Source of the DNA: Ancylonema sp.
Taxonomy: Eukaryota
DNA: 52,181 bases
Reading direction: 5' to 3'
Assembly: GCA_050230475.1 (NCBI GenBank)
Contig: JBFLGF010000184.1
Span: 1 to 52,181 of the forward strand
Of the stretch, positions 14,092-25,300 are shown one piece after another. The notes under the pieces were generated by a model. The model searched no databases and had not been told where the DNA came from. It saw nothing but the letters and a program-made list of their open reading frames with translations. A program made the translations under genes and the position numbers. Numbering within the stretch: position 1 is the first letter of the stretch; the number at the start of each line of letters is the position of its first letter.

Positions 14092-17000
14092 ATGGATATT
14101 GAGCTACCTCAACAGTTGCCGTCGGCCCTTGGCATGCACACTCCCGAGCCAGCAGATTTCAATCCAGCCGAACGGACGGACGGACGTACCACAGGCGGAC
14201 AGTTATACGGTTTCGAATCACAGCCTGCTCATGGTGAGGAGAGGAACATCGTCACACTGCAGGATGCTGATGATACTGCCGTCAAGGCGGATCTTATGGG
14301 CATTTTCGAAACGAGTGGAACTCCCGCGGACAATGACATTATTATCACGACCACCGAGGGGGAAATGTATATGCCGTCACCATGCGTTCTGGACAAGTCT
14401 ATTCCCACTCACGGCCTGCCTCCTGTTCCAAGGTCAGAATTACAGTTTTGCCGAAGTCGATTTATCTCGCAAAAGTACATTGTGCTGCAAGGCCAGGCGC
14501 ATAGGCTCAAGATGCGTTCATGAATATGACATTCTTAAGATTTGCGTTCTACCTTAAAAGCTTCCGTGCCTCTGTGAGGAATCCCCTGTTTGCTTATAGA
14601 AAAGCAGGTGGCCATGGGCCACCATATGCGCCTCCAGGTTGGAGCTGGCGAATCTTTACCGATGAGGTAACCAAGGGAGGGCATTACTTTTCGGACGTCC
14701 GCTACCACCCTGCGGAAACACGTGAGTGGCTGTCAGAAGGCTTGAGAAGTCTTATGCAATGATGTCGTCCTTGTGTCTTTTGTTGATCACCAGCCAGTCT
14801 ATTTCGTCGAAATTTTCGCCTGACACCTTCGAATGTCTGACAGTCATACAGATTTGAAGTTTGTGACACCTGTCAGTGGAGGAAATAGTTATAAATTAGC
14901 CAGACGTGGAGCCTGTGCAATGTCTAATAAAACCATCCTCTCCTTGTCACGCGTGTAATTATGTACGTACATTCGAGATTACTGTAGTCCTCACTGTTGC
15001 ATACTGCCGCCTTTTGTTCTGCATGCTGGGAACCCCCAGTGAAACAGTCTTCGCTAATAGTTTCAAGAAAACCAACTCGTATATCCAACAACGTTTTTGG
15101 TATGCAGCCTGGAATTTGACCATGCACTAAACAGGAGCTGACTGCATTTCTGTATATTCTGTGCTGTGCCGCAGATGTCAGTTTTTTTCGCCGCAAACCC
15201 CTTCTCCACTTCTTCATGGGGCAGCTCCACCTCGACGAAGAAACTGCGTCGGCGTATGTGAACGACAACTTCCCTCGAATCGAAGCCTTGGCGATACCTG
15301 GGGTCGATCCGAGCACGCGCAAGAAATCCAGTGCCGAGAAAGCGCAAGAGGATGTGCTCCCAGCTGACTCCCCTACCTTCCACTCCGATGGGGAAGCAAT
15401 TGTGAGGACTGCGAAACAGAGGGGCCGTAAACCTAAACTCTTACGCACTCCCAGCGAGGGTGTCTTCCACCTCGATGGGGTATCCAAGATCATGCCTGCC
15501 AAAAAGAGGGGCCATATCCCAAAACATCCTGCTTTTCCTGGCGAGAAAACCTTCCTATCTGAAGGTGAAGGCGAGGTCAGGGTTGTCAGAGAGAGGGGAC
15601 GTACTCCCAAGCATACAGCTTCTCCTGGGGAGGGAGCTTTTTTCTCCGAGGGTGAAGGGGAGGTCAGGATTGCTAAGAGGAGGGGCCGGATTCCCAAATA
15701 CAAAGGCACTCCAACGGAGGGCGCGTTGGTTTCCGGGAATGAAGCCGAGGTCAGGATCGATAAAAAGAGGGGCCGTCCTCCCAACGCCAACGGCACTCGA
15801 GACAACGGTACAGTCGAATCTGAGGTCAGGGTTGGGAAGAAGAGAGGACGTAGACCCAAGCACAGGGGCACTTCGGGAGAGGTTCCCACGTCTGAGGAGG
15901 TGGCCCGGCCGCCTCACGGCCTGTCCAGTAGTCCAGTGGTCAGAATGCCCCGGGGGGGGGGGATGGAGGAGCACCGACTGGAGCAGGAGGAGGACGAGAT
16001 GAACGGAACAGCGACCAAGCTATCAGATTTCTTGGGGGACCGAGGGGCCTGGGGGGGGCTGGAAACCGGCGGTCCGAGGCACAAGGAGTTTTACGACTTT
16101 TTGCAACATCTACGTTCAGAGCCGGAGCTCCTCAAGGTGAGGGGGGGGAGATTGAGATTGTGAATCCTGTAGAACTACGGTGTAAGAAACTCTGTTGTGA
16201 GAAACTATTCGATACAAGACTCTTCTTCTTTTCTCTTCATTCTGGTGTCTTGAGCAAAGGGTCACAGTCTACATGGGCGGTATAGGCACCAGAAACTGTG
16301 ACCATATAGGCATCAGTATAGGCATCGGTTTGGTCCCTTGTAAAAAACAGCCTAGGAGGAAGCAAATCACTTGAAGTCGGCTCAGTATGGGTGTGGCGTA
16401 TGTTGATCAGAGCGATTGACACCTGCCAGATTTCTGGTCATTGCAGTCCTGTAATCCGTTCTGCAGCACTCAGCTCTCATTCAGTTCAAGGAATTAGAGT
16501 ATGGCATGATCGTGCTGGTGATGGTTTTCACTGGGCTGTAATGTCTCCATGCCAGTAGACAGTATCATGTACCCCTCGAACCCCTCACAGTACGACAAGG
16601 CAGTCACATTGTTTACCATGATTTGACTGTAGGGGACGCGGTCTGTCTGACGTGTATACCTTGTTGCAGGTCTTCCAAAATATTTTCTTGCAGCAGAACC
16701 TGACTCCCAATGACCTGCAATCCCAGAAGTAGGAAGTGGTCCAGATCTTCGCGATGCTCGTCAGCGCAGCCAAAGGCATCAAGTACCAATCCAAGTCGGT
16801 GCTTCTGGATGAGGTTCTCAACTCCGACACTTGGCAGATGCCCCGCCAGATTCCACGATTCGCGAAACCGAAGGCCGGCACACCAAAGTCTGGGGGTGGG
16901 GGGGTAGCAAAGCCTTCCAGATTCTCCAAGACCGTGGTCCCTCTGCTCACTTCCCCCTCCCCCTCCCCCTCCCCCTCCCCCTCCCCATCCCCCTCCCCCC

Positions 17001-17752
17001 TACCTGCTGCCCGGGGCAGGCAAAGGTTGGAGGAGGAGGGGAGAGGGAAGAGGTCTTTGGCCCTCACTGTGCCGCGTCTGTCAGAGGAGGGACTGGTGGC
17101 ATTCAGAACCGATTCTCCTCCTGGGATCGCAGAGAGTGTGGGAGAGGGCACGAGGGCGGTGAAGGAGAAGGTGGCAGACATCATCAACAAGGCGAGGGAA
17201 AACCATGTCCCTCCCGTGGATATGACTATGACGTTTGGGGCGGAGGGGGAGAAGGCTCTGGAAGCCGTGAAGAATCACGAGTCTGACATCCGGAACCGGT
17301 TGGAGAAGATGGTGGGGGAGCAGAAGGCGAAGGTGATGGCAGAAGTGGAGTTGGTAGGGCAGGCAAGGCAGGAGGTGATTGTGGCAGAATCCGAGGTGGA
17401 GGCGGCAAAAGTGAGGCTGGACCAGGCGCAGCGGGTGCTGGAGGAGAAGAGGCGGAAGGTGAAGGAGGGAGAGACACGTGTGAGGAAGCCTAATGGGTCG
17501 CCAAAGCATCTGGACGAAGCGTTGAAGCAAGGGCTTGAATCCCTCAGCACGACCACGCAGGAGTGTGACGTGGCGCTAAGGAGGTATCTGCAGATGAGGA
17601 AGGTGGTGCAGGACGAAACGGACCTCCCCATGGATGATGCGGGCATGTCGAAATCGGTGCAAGCGCATGCCGCGGTGTCGGAGAGTTTGAAGGTGTATCA
17701 AAGTCTGAGGAGGGAGATGGAGGCTCATCTACCAAAGTCAGCCTTGAGTTGA
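14092..17752 (+). CDS. Putative chromatin protein: divergent MBD-like domain + six AT-hook-like repeats + SAM-like segment + coiled coil; in-frame TAG at 16730-16732 (possibly a truncated allele or pseudogene)
   Basis: Phase-compatible GT-AG model: exons 14092-14432, 14600-14721, 15175-16136 and 16670-17752. The spliced peptide PPGWSWRIFTDEVTKGGHYFSDVRYHPAETHVSFFRRKPLLHFF follows the MBD pattern (PxGW...DVxY...FRxK..L..F). RG[R/H]xP motifs recur about every 29 aa. The C-terminus is heptad-rich in E/K/A/V. Confidence 0.6.
15390..15862 (+). repeat. Coding tandem repeat, ~87-nt (29-aa) unit carrying AT-hook-like RG[R/H]xP motifs, ~6 copies
   Basis: Units such as GEGEVRVVRERGRTPKHTASPGEGAFFSE and GEGEVRIAKRRGRIPKYKGTPTEGALVSG. 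GAGGTCAGG...AGAGGGG recurs in the DNA. Confidence 0.85.
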
Positions 17753-18064
17753 GGGGTGGGGTAGGAATGAATGCATAGCACGGCTAGAGGATGACACAAG
17801 AGTAAGATATTGATAACTGTATGCGAGGCTTGAGTGGGAGTGAGGAGCCGCATGTGAAGTGAAGGGAGGTGAGATCAACCAGATTTGATAGCATGGATAT
17901 CGATATTTTGTTGTTGTGCACCATGCCTTTTGATAGTTGTAAGTTACCGTTGTAGAGCCATAGACACACAATCTCAACTCCACTTGTCCCATCGTTGATT
18001 TGGATGCAATGGTGGTTATTATGGCCCAACAATACAAGTGCTCGACCCACATTTTTTAATCACG

Positions 18065-18316
18065 CACCATACTGGCCACACATCATGACCGTTAAATAAT
18101 CATGATAAGGGTGGATCAGGTCCAATTTACAAAATTAGTTTTTTTGTAAAAAGTGGGTCATTCTATAATATGGGTCACCAAATAAATGTTGTTAATAAAT
18201 GTTGTTTCATCAATTTGGGAAGTTTTCTATTGGGTGCGTAGGTTGGGTCAAATGGTCGTTTAGTAGCTAAATAAATTCGTATTAAAAAAAACCGGGTCAT
18301 TATGTGCCACCACGGT
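18065..18316. mobile_element. ~250-bp TIR element (CACCRTAGTGGCCACACATAATGAC family), degenerate copy
   Basis: Inverted termini CACCATACTGGCCACACATCATGACC / GGTCATTATGTGCCACCACGGT. Homologous, in inverted orientation, to 40400-40639. Confidence 0.7.
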
Positions 18317-19113
18317 TTTGTTGATGTTGGTCGACTTTCTCGATCTTTGGCATTGTTACTAAAGTTGGCAACCAATGCCAACGTTGCTGCCAATGTTGGT
18401 CCAGTGCATTGCACTCGGATGAAAGACACCCGACCTTCACATGACGATAACCTCGAAATTTGACCTATTTTTAAAGTCTGGAATCGTCCTCCAAAAGCTC
18501 CCTAAATGGAAGTGTTATGGCCTCCTACGTGACATTGAAGTTTAATAATCCTTAGTAAATGTCATTTTACAATGTATCACAACACTTCTCGAGAGTCGAA
18601 ATGTCTTGAGCTGATATACATGTGATTATTATAATATCATTGATTTATTACAATATTTTTCCCGCTCTCGATTGTATTAATATAGACAGGTTTTACTTTA
18701 GCAAGGTTTCGTTGTATGCAACCAATAAACACCCGAATGTTTTGTCGTGACCACACTTACTTGGCCCTTACACGCGCTCTCTGTATGTGCACATGAGGAT
18801 ATGAAGAGCTTGCATACTGTCAGGTTGGCTCTACAATTTAAGCGGGTGACATCAGGCCTCCATTTTCAAAATACAACTATGTCACATGTATAACATGAAA
18901 CCATATTCGCGTAACACTAGAAAACGGGTGCGTACTAGTACGTATAATAACTTGTATTACTAATTATTGATTATTAATCCACAATGTATACGTATATATA
19001 CATATATATTTGAGTTTGTGTAGAGGTTGAAACACACATAGAATTACCTTGGGAGTCTTTGAATAATAATTGTCGGGGTGATGTTTCGACATCCCGAGGG
19101 TATACTTTTCCCT

Positions 19114-19794
19114 TAGTGGGGCACGAGCCGCTCGGAAGAATCGCGAGCACCAATGACCCAGCTACGCATACAACCTAAATACTGCTATACCGATAGTGTT
19201 GTTCCAAGAACAACACGTGGACACGTGATTTTATCAGCATTGGATATTTTGCGATATTCAACTTTTAAACACACGTATTAGTACGGACATTTATAATTTG
19301 GTACGAATACGTACCGGATATACACGGGTGTCTACGAATTCTCTACGCATGTCTTTTAGCTACCCAACCGATGAAGAGCTGACCGACCAATACACAACCA
19401 CCCAAACACGATTGGACCGCTTTGGCGGTTGGGCATCACATGGGTGGTTGGATGAAAGTGGTGATGAAGCACCGGTTGGCAATCGACGGTTGGCGGGGGG
19501 CAATCGGTGGTTGGTTGGCTCATGGTTGGTTCCATTCTCTACGTGGGACACGCATTACGGATGGCAAATTCATACGCACATCTAGAATTTCAGTGTAGAT
19601 ACCGAACATAGCACGTGTTTACATACTACACACACCGTTTACCTCTTGTAGGCGTGTGAACACTTCATCGAATCTGAGCGTCCACCTTTCCAATTTCGTC
19701 AAATGCGCGCATGCCGAGCGTGTACCAAGCGTGCTCGGGCCCGAGTGCGCTCCATATGCGCTCGCGAATCCTCCGAGCGGTTCGTGCCCCACTA
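19114..19794. mobile_element. TIR element, possibly hAT-derived
   Basis: ~35-bp inverted repeats TAGTGGGGCACGAGCCGCTCGGAAGAATCGCGAGC / GCTCGCGAATCCTCCGAGCGGTTCGTGCCCCACTA. No TSD recognisable. Confidence 0.6.
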
Positions 19795-20156
19795 TATTTG
19801 TCTTCAACCAATATACACCCGAAAATTTTGTCGTGACCACAAAATTTTGGCCCTTTTCCGTATTTTCCAGCCGCCACCCACCCGTTCCGACCGCCAGCCC
19901 ACCGCCGGCGGTTTGATAGCGGTCGGCCGGTGGGAGAGCGGAAGGACTTCCCCACCGCGAGCGGTCGGGACCAAGTAACCCAGTAACCGGGGGCCCTCCA
20001 CACATCCGGAAGTCTGAAATGTGGACGCGGTTCCATCGTTGACTTGCGCCCACTCGGGTGGCGGAAACCTCCACCGCAGGACCGCGCTTTCTCGCACTTT
20101 CTACCACTTTCTACCTCCTGTTCGGCAGGTCGAGACATGGCCGCGCCATCCCGGGC

Positions 20157-20242
20157 CTTCTCCGTGCTTCTGGAAATGCCGTCCAGCCAGGCACCGATTT
20201 CTTGCATAGTTCCGAGCTTGTCCGTCGGCTGTAGTATAAATA
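20157..20242 (+). promoter_or_regulatory. Heat shock element and TATA box of the sHSP gene
   Basis: cTTCt-ccgtg-cTTCt-gGAAa at 20157-20176 (gapped nTTCn/nGAAn array). TATAAATA at 20235-20242, ~190 bp upstream of the ATG. Confidence 0.7.
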
Positions 20243-20429
20243 GCCAGGTCCCGGACGTTGCAATGCAGACACATTCATCTCGAATAACGTCATTCACACT
20301 CAAACTTCAACAAGCTCACACCCCAGCTCAATACCGCAACAAACATACTCACCCCCAGTCGCCACAAGCACTCTCCTCCCTTCTGCAGAGAAATCCACAA
20401 CAAGGCGCTCCAAGCACTCTCCTGTCAGC

Positions 20430-20888
20430 ATGTCGCTCCTTGTGCCCGTCTCGGATCCTTTCGGTGGCGTGACTCGCGCCTTCGGTGACGAATTCAGCAC
20501 CCTGTTCGTCCAGGGCCCGATGCAAAACTTTTTTCGTGAGACGTCAGCAGTCGCTAACACCGCGGTGGACGTGAAGGAGACACCCGAGGCCTTTCATTTC
20601 GTCGCTGACTTGCCCGGGCTGAAGCGTGAGGAGGTGAAGGTTCAGCTGGAGGAGGGCAATGTGTTGTCTATCAGCGGGGTGCGGTCGCGGGAAGAGAAGC
20701 AGAAAAGTGACAAGTACCACCGCGTGGAGCGCAGCACTGGGAAGTTTCTGCGCAGGTTCGCACTCCCTCGGAACGTTATGGTGGACCAGATTGCCGCCAA
20801 ATGCGAAAACGGAGTGCTCTCTGTGACTGTACCAAAGCAGCCGCCTAGATTAGAGAAGCCCAAGGCCATTGAGGTCCAGATTTCTTGA
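20430..20888 (+). CDS. HSP20: Small heat shock protein (HSP20/alpha-crystallin domain), cytosolic class I-like, 152 aa, intronless
   Basis: VDVKETPEAFHFVADLPGLKREEVKV, HRVERSTGKFLRRFALP, ENGVLSVTVPK and a C-terminal IxV motif. Confidence 0.95.
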   Translation: MSLLVPVSDPFGGVTRAFGDEFSTLFVQGPMQNFFRETSAVANTAVDVKETPEAFHFVADLPGLKREEVKVQLEEGNVLSISGVRSREEKQKSDKYHRVERSTGKFLRRFALPRNVMVDQIAAKCENGVLSVTVPKQPPRLEKPKAIEVQIS

Positions 20889-21852
20889 AGGAAAAACCAG
20901 GGGCACAAAACCCTGTACTTTGGATCCTTGTCCAGTGATTCCTGTATTCTAGTCTTTCACGACATTGAACTCTGTTTATCTAACCTGCGTAAACGTGAGT
21001 CCACACAAACTGGTTGGACAGTTTCAGGCACGCTTCACCTGATGTATTCCAATTATCTTCCTTTCTGCGAGTTGCAAGCAGCAGTACATATGTAGGCATG
21101 TACAATCTTAAGAGGAATGTATGAAGGCAGTGGTGAATTTGTATGTACTTCAGATTTTGAAAAGATTTTTTTTCCCCAACATTGTCCACTGTTTTTGCCT
21201 ATGCCTGTATGCCTTACACAAGGGTCTCCTAAGTCTTGTTACTCTTTTCCTGTGAAGATACGAAAAAAAAGTGGGATTTCTAATCAGACCATCTTGAGAA
21301 AGCCCCCGAATTCCAATCTTTGTATGTGTTAAAACAACAGTCTATGATTAAATAACCCTACACAAACGAAATTTGAAGCAATCTATACCATGGCACGTCG
21401 ATAGTGACATGGCAAAGTCAATGACGGCAATAAAGATATGAACGAGGTTAAGAAATGAAGATGGGAATAAATGTGTAAATTTTTACGAGGACTAACATGT
21501 ACTTCCATCCGTGTGATAGGCATTTACTAGCCTGATTAACGTGGCACTTATGACTGTGAGCTGCACTCAGAGCTACGCTAAACACTTGCAATGCATCGGC
21601 TCATGTCGTAGCCCACCTATGCATTTTGCATTCCCACTTGAAAAGTCATTTTGATTGTGCCGTATCTTTACATCGATGAGCGTGCGTACGTCCTCTGCGT
21701 GTTCATGCAGCAAGACAAACAAAGAGGAGAGGAGAATAATTAAGTTCTCCATAATTTTCGTGCACAATCACTTTGTCTTAACAAAATAAATAGTAACAAA
21801 ATCATGAAAAATAATTCATGGTACAATTATGCCCATGAAAGCCCCCCCTCCC

Positions 21853-22252
21853 TGTGACCCCCATCTTTGCAATAATAAAGTTCAACTCTTAATCAACTCA
21901 TGAATCAATCGATCGCGACATTACAAACATTAACACAACAAAAATGCAAGCTTGAGATAGAAAGTCTGATTACAGGATCTCGCATGCAAGTCCACTCTTA
22001 GTACAGTTGAGTGTGATCGACAGAACGTCTAAGTCAACATATCGAAACTATCCGAGTCAACACCAATCACAACTAAGCATTACGCCACATCCACTAAAAC
22101 TTATCGACACTTCTGTTAAGTGGCCATAATTTCTCGACACAATCATTACTTACAAGTTCGGCCGGCATTTGCTAAATAACGACAAAAACTCAAACTACAT
22201 GGATCGGGCAAATCGATATAACAACAAAAGTTCACAGCCCCTAAAAACTAAC
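21853..22252 (-). repeat. 3' LTR of the copia element
   Basis: Direct repeat of 26773-27164. Lies just downstream of the polypurine tract and ends ...GGTCACA next to the TSD. Confidence 0.9.
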
Positions 22253-22329
22253 TTTTGTTTCCCCCTCCAAAAACGATAACACAATATATCGATTTTCCAC
22301 AAAAACATAACAAGTGTCATAAATGTTCA

Positions 22330-25300
22330 CTACTCCTCAACCAACCCAATTAAAGCACAATTCCTCCTCAAAACTTTGACAGGTACAGCCTTTGTCATCA
22401 TGTCAGTAGCCTGATCCTCGCTTTTCACAAACTCCAGCCTGATCTTCTTCTTTGCAACTCTCTCCCTGATAGAATGCCACTTGATCTCAATATGTTTTGA
22501 GCGTTTATGAAACACTGAATTTTCAACTAGCTTCATCGAGCTCTCATTGTCACCAAGAATCAAAACACCCGCCTTGTCCCCCAACACCAAGCTCTCCTTG
22601 CATTTGGCTGAGGTAGATCGCCTCATTTCCAGCAGAACTGAGGGCCAGGTACTCACTCTCACAGCTAGAATGAGTAACTGTCTCCAGAAGTCTGCTTTTC
22701 CAGCTCACTGCCGCCCCAGCACTCAGAAACACATATCCTGCCCTGCCTTTTCTAGTATCGATATCATCACCATGGCTAGCGTCCGAATAACCATGAACTG
22801 GCAACTCAGCTCCCTTCTCATACATCAACCCCAAATTCAGTGTTCCCTTCAAGTATCCCAGCACACGTTTCACCCCCTCCCAGTGTTGCTCCTCTGGACG
22901 CCCACTATATCGACACAGAGAATTTCCAGCAGTTGCCAAGTCTGGACGGGTCCCTGAGGTCAGATAAAGCAAACTCCCCATAGCTGACTTGTACCCCACT
23001 CCTTCTAAGCCTGCACCCTCATCCAGATCTCCCATATTTGCAAAAAAATCACTCCCATTTCCAGAGGGGTGGCTGCTGAATTGCATTCCTCCATGCCAAA
23101 TTTGATGAGCAACTCTTTGCTATACTTCTCTTGGCACAAGAACACATTGCCATTTGGCTCACGTCTGATCTCCAATCCTAACAAAAACTTCGCCTCACCC
23201 AGATCCTTCATGTTGTAGTGTGCATTCAGCCCTCCTTTCACCCCAAAGATTTTCTCCACGAGTACACACAGCATAAAGATATCGTCGACATACAGTGACA
23301 TATACAAGGCGTCATCTCCCTCTCCCAGAATATACAAACCAAAATCAGAAGTCAGACGATGAAACTTTAACTTTTTCAACACGTCGTCAATGTGCACGGT
23401 CCATCCCCTTGGTGCTTGTTTCAGACCATACAGACACCTGAGCAGCAGCCACACCAGATCCTCCTCTCCAAGTTCACACGTGCCATCTGGAGCCTCCATG
23501 TACACCTCTTCTTCTAGTGGTGCATACAGAAAAGTTGTGGTGACGTCCATCTGGTGCATGTGCATCCCCTTAGAAGCTCCCATCGCTACAAGTTGTATGA
23601 TGCTTTCAAAACGTACTGTTGGTGAGAACGTTTGATCATAATAATCTCCCTCAACTTGGCTGAAACCCTTTGCAACTACCCTGCCCTTGTACTTCTCAAG
23701 AGTCCCATCTGCGTTATATTTGACCCTGAAAACCCACTTTGACTTGATATTTTTATTTCTTTTTGGCCTAGGAACCAATCGATAGACTTGATTTTCTCGC
23801 AAGCTTCCCATTTTTGCTGCCATAACTGCTTCCCAGTGAACTCTTTATGTACTCTCAAGGGCTTCCCTCACAGATGTTGGAGTTTTCACTTCTCTTTCCA
23901 GGTTGGCAACAAACGCTGCAACGAATCGGTTTGAAGGAGCACCTCTATTTTGCTTGGAAGATCGTCGAGGAAAGGAAGGATGATCTGTGGGCTCAGCATC
24001 GGTATCATCATCACCAGGACCAAAAGGATTTGTTGGAGTAGCATCGTCGGGGTACCACTCATGGCCATCTTCCAGCACATCTTGATCTTCATCAATCCCA
24101 CTCGAATTGCTGACAAGATCTTGAAGTTCTTGATTCTGAAGAGGAACAACTCACGGAAGCTGAGGTAAGGGATTTCCCACAGCATCGGGGATCTGTTCAT
24201 CGACAGAATTCAAATTTTCTTGAGCCTGTTGCCCACTTCCAGAATTGCCCCCTCCCACTCTGAGGCTACACTCTTGCAGATCTGGCCATGTCATGTTTGA
24301 AACTTCTTGAATATCATGCAGATTTCCTTTCTTCCCAACATTCTGTCCACGCCACCAGCCAACTTTCACATCCTCATCAAAATCTGCATGTGCGACTCCG
24401 ACATTGTGAACTTTGTTTGACACAGGGTCCCAGACTCGATGACATGGAATGTCATAGTTCCAGCCAACCAGCACTCCCATCCACGCCAGAGCTCCCATTT
24501 TCCTTCTCTTTCTTATTTCTCAAGTCTGACGTACACTTTGCAGCCAAACGAGCGGAGGTGATCAATTCTTGGAACAGCTCCGGACCACAGCTCCTCAGGT
24601 GTTTTGGAGAGACCGCTAACTTGGCAGCGATTTCGAAGGTAAGAAGCGAAGGAGATTGCTTCAGCCTAGAGTCCAGGAGACACTTGCATGTGTTGGAGCA
24701 TCGATCTTGCTCTATCTTGCAGAGTTCGATTCATCCTTTATGTGATGGCATTCCCTTGAGGTGTATTTGGTGGCGTTGTCTCATGTTTGACCCCTCTGCT
24801 TTTCAGCCATTTTTCGAAGTCACCATCGATGACCTCTCCCTCCACCTCAATCAGATCCCAGATTTTTCACTGGCTTCCCAGACTGTCTCTCCTGAATTGA
24901 AATCCAATGCTTGAGACGAGGACCTGCATCATCTTTGTGTCGCAGAATCTCTACCCATGATTTTCTGCTGAACTCATCGACGATCACCATGTTGAAGTTT
25001 CCGCCCCCAATGGATGCAAGTTTGAATGGCCCTACCAGATCCACCAACACTCTTCCAAGACACACTTGCGCTCCTGCACTTGCTTCTCGTCGTGGATGAG
25101 GTTTGTCTTAAGCTTTCCCCAGCTTGCAGCCCTCACAAATTTTACCCCTGAAATTCCTCCCTCAAGTCCTCTAACAAGTTCATATCGAAACAGATTTTTC
25201 AGCACCCTCTCATTCGCATGCCCTAGTCTGGTGTGGAGTCGATTGATGTCGATAGCAGCTACAACAGCCTCCCCCTCAATGCATTTTTGATGTCGAACTG

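Noticed and set aside
14924..17735. Long antisense and alternative-frame ORFs (14924-15889, 15460-16002, 16585-17190, 17081-17646)
   Set aside because: Shadows of the GC-rich, repetitive plus-strand exons, with no independent motifs.
19298..20472. Several 95-212 aa ORFs upstream of the sHSP
   Set aside because: They overlap TE-derived and promoter sequence and carry no recognisable domain.
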